A stretch of 63,951 nucleotides of DNA, the filler included. It is 4 parts of 4 records of this genome, joined end to end, with 100 filler letters (N's around TTAATTAATTAA, not from the genome) between each part and the next. Parts side by side here need not be neighbours in the genome. Positions count along the whole stretch, not along the records: positions 33,702 to 58,781 come from SRR22947727_3434; 3 more parts are not named here. One strand, given 5' to 3'. Of this stretch, positions 38,176 to 47,095 are shown one piece after another. Within the stretch, counting starts at the first letter, position 1; every line of letters starts with the position of its first letter. Under the pieces are notes generated by a model that worked only from the letters and a program-made list of their open reading frames with translations, was not told the DNA's origin and searched no databases. The position numbers and the translations under genes are program-made.

Positions 38176-40550
38176 TATGATGTCCTCAATCCGTAGGGTG
38201 TCTCTCCAAAGTGTATAGCTCTAACACGAGCGGAACCTGACACGCCCACTTCAAATGTATCCGATCTGTAGCCAGTTGGCAATCTGAATATATCAGAAGT
38301 TTGTATAGACCCTTGGAAGACAAGCTGTTTATCTACCCAAAGTCTAAACGTTACAGGCTGAGTTCCAGTGTTAGCTTTCTGGTACTGAGTTTGTGGGTCG
38401 CCGTTTATGACGTATGTGTTAATTGAGCCGCCAACAGTAAAAGTAACACCACCACTCTGGTAGTTAGTAGGCCCGTTAAGTGTACCTAGCTGCTGGCTTC
38501 TATTCCAAATAGTCTGGTTAAAGTTTGCTAGCCCTAAGTTGTAGGCGATAATATTAGCAGCTTCCTGCGCAGATGTATCGTAATCAGCAATTACTCTAAA
38601 CGCACCTAGGTTAAGATAGTCTTTGGTGACAATAGTTTTGGACTTCCACTCCATAGGTGAAAGAACTTCCCCAGTATTGTCCCACTCATATATCTCACCG
38701 TCATTTCCGTGAGTGTAGTACATGATGCCGGTTTCGGAATCTGTGTAGGCTGCGCTAAACTGGTATTGAATCTGTACAAAGAACCCGCCAACCTTATCGT
38801 CACGCTCAAATATAAATGATTTGGTACTGTGAGACCCAAAGTATTTGCCGTTGTAAAAGTGGCCAACAATGGTAGATGGGTCTAGCGATGCGTTCCAAGT
38901 ATCCCAATCGTGGACAAACTGAGTTATAAGTTGGACACCGCCTCCACTAGGACTCCATGTAGCAAGGCCCCCATGCGTAGACCACACAACACCATAGCCC
39001 ATATTAACAACGGACTGCTTAGACAAACATGGATACGGCGTGTCAATACGTGCTGACACCATTGTAGCTGGATCGTTACCGGATACCTGATGAGGGTAGT
39101 CCTCTGTAAGCACAAGCACATAGCCTGCAACAGACGCAATCGCTACAATGTCGGAATCAAATGTTATTCTGTACTTCTCTGGCCACGCATGTGGCGTATC
39201 AGGGAATGCGAAACATAGCTGGTTGCCAAAAAACCCGACCAAAATATTGTTGTGCGAGGTTATAAGCCCCTGCATATTATCAGGCGGTGGGTCGTACTCT
39301 TCTGATGGAATAATAGTTTCTAAGCTGGATACATTAAAATCATCTGTAAAGTTATAGTTAGCGTCACCCCAATACCTAGCAGCATCATCAAGACTTTCAG
39401 ACACATCGTGGTAGACAGTGCCTGCAGAAGCATTGGTTGTACCAACATCAGTAGCAGTCTGTGCGTAACTAAACGTGTAGTCATCAGCAATCGCGGTAAC
39501 TTCACCGTCTGTGATATTAAAGCTGCTATCTGAACATGCGCTAATCTTAAACCTGTCGCCAACAATAAAGTTATGTGGGAAGTCTGTAACGACAGTAGAT
39601 ACATTGCTAGTTCTCGCCACTGTGGCGATAGTAGTAGGGAACCACAGTGTCGCCAATAAAAAGTAGTCCGTGGCAGCTGCAGAAGCTACGCTTCGGTACA
39701 ACCTAATACCACGGACAAAGTTATCCCCCGACGGTTTAGCCGAGGGCAGGGAGGAGACAGTTACTGTTTGACCTTCTTTAATATATAGCTCGTTAGATAC
39801 ATTGGATGGTATGGACTCTTCATCCCACGGGGTAACAAACGTAAAGATATAAGTTCTAATCTGCGTGTTGCCTGCGAGGTCTGCTCGACCTGTGGTGTTC
39901 GCAGTCTTACTTACTGTGTCACCAGAACTAAAATACTGGAACTCTGTAGCGCTTGTTACAGTAATCTCTACGTTCTTGGCATTAAATCCTTTAGCTTCAT
40001 CAGAAGTACCAAAATTGCGTATAGTTACAATATTGCCTGTGCGTAAGTTGTGGTTGCCAGAGCAATAGAAAGTAGCTGTATTGCCTGAGTCGCGCTCATA
40101 GTGAGTAGCGTTAACAACAGTAAAAGATGCTGCTGACACGCTAGGTGTAGTAGTAGGGAGCGGTATTCCTAGATCATAATACCCATTAGCAACTGGGTAC
40201 GGCTCACTACCAGCTGTAGCCAGTGCGTAGTCAGATACCTTAGGCTTTCCATCACCTGTATAGTAGAATCTCTGCGCGTTATCCGCACTGTCTGAAGCGA
40301 CAGCAATGTCAACATCAGTAGTCCAAGATAGCCACACAAGCGCGTCAGTGGTAGGGTCACGCAGCGCATGAAGGGTCTTAGCCTCAACGCTACGCTCTGT
40401 ATTATCCACCTCTTTTGGCGTGTGGTAAGGTAGCAAGTCGCCAGAGTAAAGCTTTACGTTAAAAGCTTCTTGGGCCACGCCATCAGGTAGCAACTCCGAA
40501 GATATCTTCGGTGCTTCGCCTAGAAACTTTGTAAGCTTTACTGACGCCAT
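38175..40550 (-). CDS. Tail nozzle / DNA stabilisation-like protein
   Basis: 791 aa, beta-rich, propeller-like C-terminal half (PHAWPEKY, PCLSKQSVV); position. Confidence 0.7.
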   Translation of the reverse strand: MASVKLTKFLGEAPKISSELLPDGVAQEAFNVKLYSGDLLPYHTPKEVDNTERSVEAKTLHALRDPTTDALVWLSWTTDVDIAVASDSADNAQRFYYTGDGKPKVSDYALATAGSEPYPVANGYYDLGIPLPTTTPSVSAASFTVVNATHYERDSGNTATFYCSGNHNLRTGNIVTIRNFGTSDEAKGFNAKNVEITVTSATEFQYFSSGDTVSKTANTTGRADLAGNTQIRTYIFTFVTPWDEESIPSNVSNELYIKEGQTVTVSSLPSAKPSGDNFVRGIRLYRSVASAAATDYFLLATLWFPTTIATVARTSNVSTVVTDFPHNFIVGDRFKISACSDSSFNITDGEVTAIADDYTFSYAQTATDVGTTNASAGTVYHDVSESLDDAARYWGDANYNFTDDFNVSSLETIIPSEEYDPPPDNMQGLITSHNNILVGFFGNQLCFAFPDTPHAWPEKYRITFDSDIVAIASVAGYVLVLTEDYPHQVSGNDPATMVSARIDTPYPCLSKQSVVNMGYGVVWSTHGGLATWSPSGGGVQLITQFVHDWDTWNASLDPSTIVGHFYNGKYFGSHSTKSFIFERDDKVGGFFVQIQYQFSAAYTDSETGIMYYTHGNDGEIYEWDNTGEVLSPMEWKSKTIVTKDYLNLGAFRVIADYDTSAQEAANIIAYNLGLANFNQTIWNRSQQLGTLNGPTNYQSGGVTFTVGGSINTYVINGDPQTQYQKANTGTQPVTFRLWVDKQLVFQGSIQTSDIFRLPTGYRSDTFEVGVSGSARVRAIHFGETPYGLRTS

Positions 40551-41062
40551 TAGTTCACCATTTTTAACGCAGCTTCAAGCGTCTCATTATTTCTGCGAGT
40601 CCAGCCTCTACCGAAGCTATCAAATGTAGAGAGGGACTCATAGAAACTTTGCCTGATATTCTTGTAATTTTCAAGTGTATTCTCAATCCCGTGATGCTCG
40701 ACATATTCGTTAAGGGCGCGTAAAGTATTAGGGCCAATGCCGCCGTCCACCTCTGTACCAATCATACCCTGCAGTTTCTTAGCCGCCCTCCCAGGCCCAG
40801 AGTTTACACTCCAGTCAAAGACCGCGAGGTCTAAGCCCGCAGGAAGCTGGTCACACTTAGCTTTTCCCCAGTAGTTCTTCTCGTATATTGGAGCAACATC
40901 TTCTGGTGTAAGCTCTTTCATATCCTTAGTGCCGCCCCACTCTTCGTAAACGCGCTTAGTCACACCAAGATTTGTTTCGCCCCCAGGATCTCGGGGGTGA
41001 TTTACCCAGCCACCTTCGTGGTGCAAGATCATAGCTAAACAGTGCTGAAAGTTACCCTTCAT
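40550..41062 (-). CDS. Endolysin, glycoside hydrolase family 108 with peptidoglycan-binding domain
   Basis: HEGGWVNHPRDPGGETNLGVT, FDWSVNSG, DGGIGPNT, FGRGWTRR. Confidence 0.93.
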   Translation of the reverse strand: MKGNFQHCLAMILHHEGGWVNHPRDPGGETNLGVTKRVYEEWGGTKDMKELTPEDVAPIYEKNYWGKAKCDQLPAGLDLAVFDWSVNSGPGRAAKKLQGMIGTEVDGGIGPNTLRALNEYVEHHGIENTLENYKNIRQSFYESLSTFDSFGRGWTRRNNETLEAALKMVN

Positions 41063-41454
41063 TTAGTCAATCCTTTTACTTTTTCTACTGTGCGAAGCCC
41101 CCCAAGCCCAAGCATACCCAGTAAGACAGTCATCAAGCTGTCCATATCAAAGGTAGGTAGCTCTGGCGCTTCCATGCCTGCGTATGCAAAACCAAACATA
41201 GTCACAGGCGCAAGAACAAAGTGCCATATCATAGCCGTTGCTAGGCCCCAACCAAGGAAGGGTCGCCAGCCTGCCACAAAAATGCTTCTGTGTTGGGCTT
41301 CTGCTTTGTTAATCTCGATTTGGCCCATCGCCTGCTCGTGCATTTGTTTTTCGGCCATCGTGGCAATGTCATGCGCGAGCTTTGCTTTTTGATCTTTGTC
41401 TTCGATGAACTTGTCTAGTAGCCCTGTAACTGGGCCAATCAATGCTTGTAACAT
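41059..41454 (-). CDS. Holin of the 3TM (GTA release) family
   Basis: INKAEAQH, FVAGWRPFLGW, LLGMLGLGGLRTVEK. Confidence 0.85.
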   Translation of the reverse strand: MLQALIGPVTGLLDKFIEDKDQKAKLAHDIATMAEKQMHEQAMGQIEINKAEAQHRSIFVAGWRPFLGWGLATAMIWHFVLAPVTMFGFAYAGMEAPELPTFDMDSLMTVLLGMLGLGGLRTVEKVKGLTK

Positions 41455-41472
41455 TAGTATACCTCTCCTATC

Positions 41473-41694
41473 TTAGTCTAGCAGCCTAGCTACTTGTGGT
41501 TTGCCGTCTGGGCCGGTTTCAAACTCTACTTCGCGTTTTTCGCATGAGTACCTAGTACCTTTAGAGTCCTTCCATCCTAGCCGTTCAATCTTGCGTTTCA
41601 CGCTCAAACACTCAGAGATACCCTCTCTGTGAGTATATTCTACAGCTTCCCCGCCCATATACAGAATAAGAACTATAGTTAAAACACCCATCAT
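41473..41694 (-). CDS. Small phage protein, hydrophobic N-terminus with two Cys
   Basis: ISECL...YSCEK; ATGA coupling to the upstream gene. Confidence 0.7.
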   Translation of the reverse strand: MMGVLTIVLILYMGGEAVEYTHREGISECLSVKRKIERLGWKDSKGTRYSCEKREVEFETGPDGKPQVARLLD

Positions 41695-42092
41695 TCACCG
41701 CCAGTCCTTAGTTTCTCTAGGTTCTCTTCCAGATTACTAATGCGCTTTTCGTAGAACTCCAGTGTTAATTTTTGTTGTTGGTCATATGGAGCGCGGCCTT
41801 CTTCTATTTCTGTAGTTAGCTTTTCTAGCTCCGAAGCTATATGCTCTATCAACATAAACTGCTCAGAATCTGCGGGCAGGCTACCCATTTCGCCACGAGG
41901 CCACTTAATGCGGAACTCCGTGTTATGCTCCAAGTCGGATTTCATCATTGTAATGTTGGTTTCGATCTGGTTTAGCCGCTCTATAATTCCAAAATAAGCC
42001 CATGTAGCAACAGACGCCGCAACGACCATCGAAAGAATATTGCGAAGGGGTAAAGCTACTTCTGTGTTTTCACTTATCTTAGCTGCCATCAA
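41691..42092 (-). CDS. Membrane-anchored coiled-coil phage protein
   Basis: Single TM then heptad repeats; overlaps both neighbours. Confidence 0.75.
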   Translation of the reverse strand: MMAAKISENTEVALPLRNILSMVVAASVATWAYFGIIERLNQIETNITMMKSDLEHNTEFRIKWPRGEMGSLPADSEQFMLIEHIASELEKLTTEIEEGRAPYDQQQKLTLEFYEKRISNLEENLEKLRTGGE

Positions 42093-42301
42093 TACAACTC
42101 CTGACTCGCAGCTACCTTAACAGGCTTACAATAAGCCGTAGCTTTATGCTCAGCAGGAACACCGCTTATACTTCCGTAGTTTCCATAGCGTTTTGTTATT
42201 TGAGATGCAAAGTAGTTACACTCTACCACGGATCTAAAATACATATCTTGGCTCTGTATCTTATCCCCCAATACGACTACTAGCAAAAACGCATGTATCA
42301 T
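42089..42301 (-). CDS. Small phage protein, hydrophobic N-terminus with two Cys
   Basis: FRSVVECNYF...AYCKPV; ATGA coupling. Confidence 0.7.
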   Translation of the reverse strand: MIHAFLLVVVLGDKIQSQDMYFRSVVECNYFASQITKRYGNYGSISGVPAEHKATAYCKPVKVAASQELY

Positions 42302-42612
42302 TTCTTACCCGCCCAAGCAGTAGCGCCCATATACGCACCGACTATGCCAGCGCCTGAGATATAGAATAGATTACTTATGTCGGATAAAGCTGTAACCCTG
42401 TCTAACGGTATAAAAAACATAGACAGTGTGAACACACCCATTGAGATTAGCGTATAGCGAGCCATACGTAGTTGGGCTAAATGTTTGCGGAGGTTATCTT
42501 CTGTTTCACGAATCTCTTTAGCTCGTGCCATCTCTTCATCAGAAACAACGCCGTCGTCATTCATATCATACGCGTCGTATTTACTTTGATCTTCTAGTTT
42601 CTTAGCCGCCAT
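42298..42612 (-). CDS. Two-TM membrane protein with N-terminal EF-hand loop
   Basis: DMNDDGVVSDEE canonical loop; RBS AGGAGG before MAAKK. Confidence 0.75.
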   Translation of the reverse strand: MAAKKLEDQSKYDAYDMNDDGVVSDEEMARAKEIRETEDNLRKHLAQLRMARYTLISMGVFTLSMFFIPLDRVTALSDISNLFYISGAGIVGAYMGATAWAGKK

Positions 42613-42613
42613 A

Positions 42614-43063
42614 CTACGCTCCTCCTGCTGCGCGATTCCGCTGGTACAGCCACCAGACAAAAACCCCAAGAGCTGCTATTCCGATAATAAAACACACAAC
42701 TAAAACAGAAACTTCTATCCACCACTGTATTTTTTTCTTGTTCGCCTCTTCTGCTTCTCTGCGGGCTTTACGCGCCTCTACTTGAAACCGCACCCAGTCT
42801 TGCCAAAGTCCGGGCCTACCGCAGTATATCATTATCTGCTTCAGCTCGTCTTCTTGCTCTTTAACGCGCTCTAAGGCCATAAACTCTTCGAAGTCTGTTG
42901 ACTGATGAGTGGCCTTTTTCTTATTTACTTTTCTCTGTAGGGCTTCTTTTGCCCCTACAATTTCACCTATTTTACCCGCGTATTGGCTTAGCTCTCTCCC
43001 ATTGGAAATAGCATTTTTTATAACTGCAAACGCGGCATTGGCGGCGGCAAGTTCTGCTAACAT
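42614..43063 (-). CDS. Phage hypothetical protein with C-terminal TM
   Basis: RBS GGAGG, coiled coil, hydrophobic C-terminal segment. Confidence 0.78.
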   Translation of the reverse strand: MLAELAAANAAFAVIKNAISNGRELSQYAGKIGEIVGAKEALQRKVNKKKATHQSTDFEEFMALERVKEQEDELKQIMIYCGRPGLWQDWVRFQVEARKARREAEEANKKKIQWWIEVSVLVVCFIIGIAALGVFVWWLYQRNRAAGGA

Positions 43064-43091
43064 GTAACATCCCTCCGCCTACCTACCATCG

Positions 43092-43235
43092 CTAGCCGTA
43101 AACTTTTTTCATGCACTTTTTAGCTATTGAGCACGCACGTTTAGTCTTACAGCCTGGGCACATCTTAAACACTGAGCCTCCAGCTTTGTAAGAAGCCACA
43201 GTTTTTTTCTTATCAGTTTTCTTTTTGTCCATCAT
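43092..43235 (-). CDS. 47-aa basic Cys4 microprotein (absent from the ORF track)
   Basis: MMDKKKTDKKKTVASYKAGGSVFKMCPGCKTKRACSIAKKCMKKVYG; ATGA overlap with the upstream stop and AGGAGG RBS. Confidence 0.75.
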   Translation of the reverse strand: MMDKKKTDKKKTVASYKAGGSVFKMCPGCKTKRACSIAKKCMKKVYG

Positions 43236-43420
43236 GCTGAACCTCCTATTAGAATCGCGCTGAGGATAGACCCCATACCAACTATTATTGCACCCGCTGC
43301 AACAATTAAAATCCGCTCAAGGCGGTCAACCCTAGTTATAAAGGTCTGATACCTCTCAGCACAGACCGCTTCGTGGGTTAATATTTCCTGCTGTAGTTCA
43401 GCTACCGTCATCTTGGCCAC
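43232..43420 (-). CDS. Small coiled-coil plus TM phage protein
   Basis: HEAVCAERY...RLERIL followed by a TM segment. Confidence 0.75.
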   Translation of the reverse strand: MAKMTVAELQQEILTHEAVCAERYQTFITRVDRLERILIVAAGAIIVGMGSILSAILIGGSA

Positions 43421-43577
43421 TCATAGCCTCCCGTACTGCTTTACTCTGATCGTCTATCTTTACCTCTACTTCATCCGGTAAATCCGGTTCCTCTACAAGC
43501 ACGCAACCCTCAGGCACCTTATCTGCTGTTCTAGCAAATGTACCATTAGGGAACATATATAGAGGAGTAGGTTTCAT
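43398..43577 (-). CDS. Small phage hypothetical protein
   Basis: TAATG coupling at 43577 (MKPTPLY). Confidence 0.6.
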   Translation of the reverse strand: MKPTPLYMFPNGTFARTADKVPEGCVLVEEPDLPDEVEVKIDDQSKAVREAMSGQDDGS

Positions 43578-43759
43578 TAGCCTTGCAACTCCGCAAGTTT
43601 TGCGTTCCACTCAGCTTCGGTAGGTTTAGGCCCGCCAGCTTCTGCTGCGTCCCACACTTTTAGGTTTTCGTACTCATATCCACCGGCTAGCACCCACCCG
43701 TCGCCGCTAGGGCTAAGCGCACGAGCTACTAAAACTCCAATAGGTTTTTCAATATTCAC
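43577..43759 (-). CDS. Probable tail fibre chaperone-like protein
   Basis: GTGA coupling to the fibre stop; PKPTEAEW motif. Confidence 0.55.
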   Translation of the reverse strand: MNIEKPIGVLVARALSPSGDGWVLAGGYEYENLKVWDAAEAGGPKPTEAEWNAKLAELQG

Positions 43760-44793
43760 GCTATATACTCCTCTACAACCCAAGTTGCGACTTTATTATA
43801 GGAACTCGTATAACTAATCCAATTAACTGTATCGCCGGCTTGCCATCTATACCCTTCGAAAAAGAAGTGGAGATCGCCTGTGTATGCCAATATGTTTGCA
43901 GTTTCAGTGCTAGTTTGGGCTAAGCCGCCACCGTGAGCAGTATCGTAATAGATAGGGATATTCGCACTCGTTTGGCCGCCGTAACCATCCATACCCCAAC
44001 CATGAGCCTGGCCATCTGGAAGCAGCCCAACAACAAAATAATTAGCGCTGTTGTTGAATGTAGCAGGTGTGTCAGATAAACATATTTGCACTCTTATACC
44101 GCAACCTGAGCCTCCGGTATCATTATACATAGGGAAGTAACCGCGGATACGAAGATGTGTATCATTACGCTTTTTGTTATATGTACGTATATTTGCGTTG
44201 CTGGCCGGAGCATAAGCATCTTTGTTTGTGCCGCCAATTTGAATTGTTTGCCAAGATGTTGTTGTTTGTGACGTTGCAGCACTGCTACCGTACCCTGAAT
44301 TATACGATCTGGAACTTACAATAAGCCCTGACGATCCGTCTACATCCGCAGGAAGTGTTACAGTCTTACTTGATAAATCTAAAGTATTTGCTAGTTTTGC
44401 ATCGGTTACTACAGTATTATCAATAGTATAAGTAGCCCCAGAATTGCTAACAGTAATATCGCCATAGTCTGCATCTGCAACAGCTGATTCAGCTTGAATA
44501 GCTTCAAACAGAGCGGCTACGGGGCGAAGCTCGAAGCGGTCACCAATGGCGAAAGCTGTTGCTGTGGTGTCGTCCTGCGCACGCGTCACTGTCATAGAGT
44601 CAGTGGAGCGAGCCGTGACCTTTACAATCTCGATGTTGTTGCTTGTGTCAACAATCGTGCCGAAGAAGTAGTCACCTGCGCCGAGCGTAGGGAAACGTGT
44701 GCCCTGACCGCTGTCCAGTGTGATCGTCGTATCGCTTGTATTGATACCAGCTGAGAGCGTACCAAACGCGTTATTTGAAACTTTTACGCCCAT
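43756..44793 (-). CDS. Tail fibre / receptor-binding protein 2
   Basis: N-terminal about 90 aa paralogous to fibre 1; DYGDITVS linker; distinct beta-rich C-terminus. Confidence 0.8.
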   Translation of the reverse strand: MGVKVSNNAFGTLSAGINTSDTTITLDSGQGTRFPTLGAGDYFFGTIVDTSNNIEIVKVTARSTDSMTVTRAQDDTTATAFAIGDRFELRPVAALFEAIQAESAVADADYGDITVSNSGATYTIDNTVVTDAKLANTLDLSSKTVTLPADVDGSSGLIVSSRSYNSGYGSSAATSQTTTSWQTIQIGGTNKDAYAPASNANIRTYNKKRNDTHLRIRGYFPMYNDTGGSGCGIRVQICLSDTPATFNNSANYFVVGLLPDGQAHGWGMDGYGGQTSANIPIYYDTAHGGGLAQTSTETANILAYTGDLHFFFEGYRWQAGDTVNWISYTSSYNKVATWVVEEYIA

Positions 44794-45152
44794 CAGTTAT
44801 TTCCCCCTACAACGGCTACCCAATTAGTTACGCTCTCATCCCACCTGTACTCTTCCCCGTCAGTCGGGTATACGACAGGAGGTTCCCACAAACATGTTGT
44901 GTCGTTAAGTGTCCAGCTTGCGTACGGCTGTGGGGGGATAAACGCGTCACGAGTGCTGTCGTAAGTAAACCCAATCCCAGCGAAGTTTTTGCGTAGGGGA
45001 GTGCCGCCACTAGAGTGTTGGCCGCCGTGAGTGTTATATGAAGCCTGAATCCACTGTCCTGGGGACGTGTCGACAAAATCATTGAAGAAATCTGCTTCGG
45101 CCACGATGACTTGCTCTACGATGCCGGTGTTTACTTTTGCAAAGTGTGCCAT
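44793..45152 (-). CDS. Fibre-associated phage protein
   Basis: MAHFAKV...WIQASYN...RKNFAGIG...DAFIPPQPY pattern; follows the Gly-rich fibre. Confidence 0.75.
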   Translation of the reverse strand: MAHFAKVNTGIVEQVIVAEADFFNDFVDTSPGQWIQASYNTHGGQHSSGGTPLRKNFAGIGFTYDSTRDAFIPPQPYASWTLNDTTCLWEPPVVYPTDGEEYRWDESVTNWVAVVGGNN

Positions 45153-45164
45153 GTGTTTCTCCAA

Positions 45165-46631
45165 TTAAAGTGTGTATCGAATAATGACGACGCCAGATCC
45201 GCCAGTTGAATCCGCAGTAGTCGCACTACCACGTCCGCCATTGCCAGTATTGGCTGCTGCAGTTGTGGAACCCATGCCCCGACCACCTGCCGCATAAGTT
45301 ATGGCAGTACCAGAAATAGAACTAGCCGCCCCGGGGCCGGGAGTCCATACGTTACCAGCACCACCAGCACCGCCACCAGCACCTTGGTCATTACCACTGT
45401 TTTGGTTAAATCCTACACCGCCACCGTTACCGCCAGTATTACCCTGACCAGCAGTGCCAGCACCGCCAGTTGTACCGCCGTCACCACCGCCACCGCCAGA
45501 GCCTCCGGAGCCGCCATTAATGTTACGAGTGCCGCCATAACCGCCACCGATAGCCGTTAAGCCCAAAGCAGAAGAATTACTTCCCTGTGCTCCATTACCA
45601 CCGCCGCCAGTACCAGGGGTATATGCGTTTGTACCGCCCGCGCCGCCAGCACCTACAACAACGGAGTATGCCTGTGCCGTGACATTGGTGTTTCCGGTTA
45701 GTAGTCCACCAGCACCGCCACCGCCGCCAACATCGGCGTCAGTCGCGCCACCGCCACCGCCAGCAACTACAAGATATTCAACAGATAAGCTAGCTACAGT
45801 GTTAGTGAACGTTCCAGAAGAAGTAAACGTATGTATTCGAAAGTTGCCTGACGTAGTAACCGTTCCGCCGGAAGGTAGCGCAAGCGCAGTCTTTGTAACA
45901 GCCGCAGATGTAATACCATCTGAGTTAGTAACAGTGACAGACATAAGATTACCAGAGGTAACGTTGTTATATACCGCCGCTGGAACTGTAACCGTAGCTG
46001 CTGTGTCGGATGTAGGAGTAACGGTTACGTCTTCGTCAATAGAGTCTGAAGCCTGAAAAAAGTTTACAACTAGGTTGGCTGTTTGGAAGCCTTTACCGGC
46101 TAGCGTCAGCGTGGACTCAGCGCCGTCGTAGATATTACCGGCAGCAGAGCTAAGTGTAGAAATCACAGAAGAAATCTTTAGCCAGTTACTGCCGTCCGAG
46201 TAATACACGACACTATCATCAGTGTCGTAGCGGATATGCCCTTCGCTATCTGCAGCCGTAGGCTGCTGAGCTGTTGTGCCGGATGGAAGTGCGAAAGACC
46301 CCGTAGATGAGGTGTCTTTGTCGTATGGGTTAGCTGCGTCTGTTAGACCGCCAGCGGTAATACGAAGTTCAATCCTGTCGCCGATAGCAAACGCCTGAGC
46401 TGTTGTGCTTTCTTGTGCACGAGTAACTGTTAATACGTCTGTTGACCTAGCGGTACACTTTACAACTTCAAGGTTGTTGCTTGTGTCGATAAGTGTAGCG
46501 TAAAAATATTCACCAGCTGAAAGGGAAGGGAAACGAGCGCCTTGCCCACTAGACAAGGTGATACTAGTAGCAGAGTTACTTATACCTGCGTTTAGTGTAC
46601 CAAAGGCATTGTTTGCAAATTTGACGCTCAT
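45165..46631 (-). CDS. Glycine-rich tail fibre protein 1
   Basis: LPSGTTAQQP, IHTFTSSGTF, EYLVVAGGGGG, GGSGVVIIRY. Confidence 0.82.
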   Translation of the reverse strand: MSVKFANNAFGTLNAGISNSATSITLSSGQGARFPSLSAGEYFYATLIDTSNNLEVVKCTARSTDVLTVTRAQESTTAQAFAIGDRIELRITAGGLTDAANPYDKDTSSTGSFALPSGTTAQQPTAADSEGHIRYDTDDSVVYYSDGSNWLKISSVISTLSSAAGNIYDGAESTLTLAGKGFQTANLVVNFFQASDSIDEDVTVTPTSDTAATVTVPAAVYNNVTSGNLMSVTVTNSDGITSAAVTKTALALPSGGTVTTSGNFRIHTFTSSGTFTNTVASLSVEYLVVAGGGGGATDADVGGGGGAGGLLTGNTNVTAQAYSVVVGAGGAGGTNAYTPGTGGGGNGAQGSNSSALGLTAIGGGYGGTRNINGGSGGSGGGGGDGGTTGGAGTAGQGNTGGNGGGVGFNQNSGNDQGAGGGAGGAGNVWTPGPGAASSISGTAITYAAGGRGMGSTTAAANTGNGGRGSATTADSTGGSGVVIIRYTL

Positions 46632-46642
46632 TCGTTAGCCCC

Positions 46643-47083
46643 TTAGTTTACAGTAACAGTCCAAGTAATACCTAGAGTGTCAGCTGCTCCTTTGTTGATA
46701 ACAGAAAACACTGTGCGGCACAACATATCGCCACTTGAGCTGGCATTAAACAAGCCTGCCTCAGTGATAGCGCCGGTACCTGTACCAGCCCCAAACGTAG
46801 CAACATATGCTACTGCGTTAGCTGTGACTGTCGTAGACGTAAGCGCTACGCGCCCTGCCTCAGTACCCAGTGTAGTATCGCCAGCTGCCGCTGCAGTGCT
46901 ACCTGTGCCAATAGCCATGTGTGACATAGCAGCATCAGTAGTATCTTTTAGCCGCGAGGCAATAAGGTTTTTACCGGCGGTAACAACTAGGTTAGGTACA
47001 ACAACTTCGTGCTTAACATTACCTTTAGGGTTTGTAACCGTGATCCGAAGTTCACCGGTCAATTTGATAGAATCCTGAATCAT
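46643..47083 (-). CDS. Phage structural protein (tail-collar-fibre N-terminal-like fold)
   Basis: NLVVTAG, MAIGTG, DTTLGTE, ITEAGLF. Confidence 0.7.
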   Translation of the reverse strand: MIQDSIKLTGELRITVTNPKGNVKHEVVVPNLVVTAGKNLIASRLKDTTDAAMSHMAIGTGSTAAAAGDTTLGTEAGRVALTSTTVTANAVAYVATFGAGTGTGAITEAGLFNASSSGDMLCRTVFSVINKGAADTLGITWTVTVN

Positions 47084-47095
47084 GGTTAGCTCCTA

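Noticed and set aside
43756-46631. Diversity-generating retroelement or invertible fibre switch
   Set aside because: No reverse transcriptase, invertase, template repeat or inverted cassette was seen; the shared region is N-terminal only
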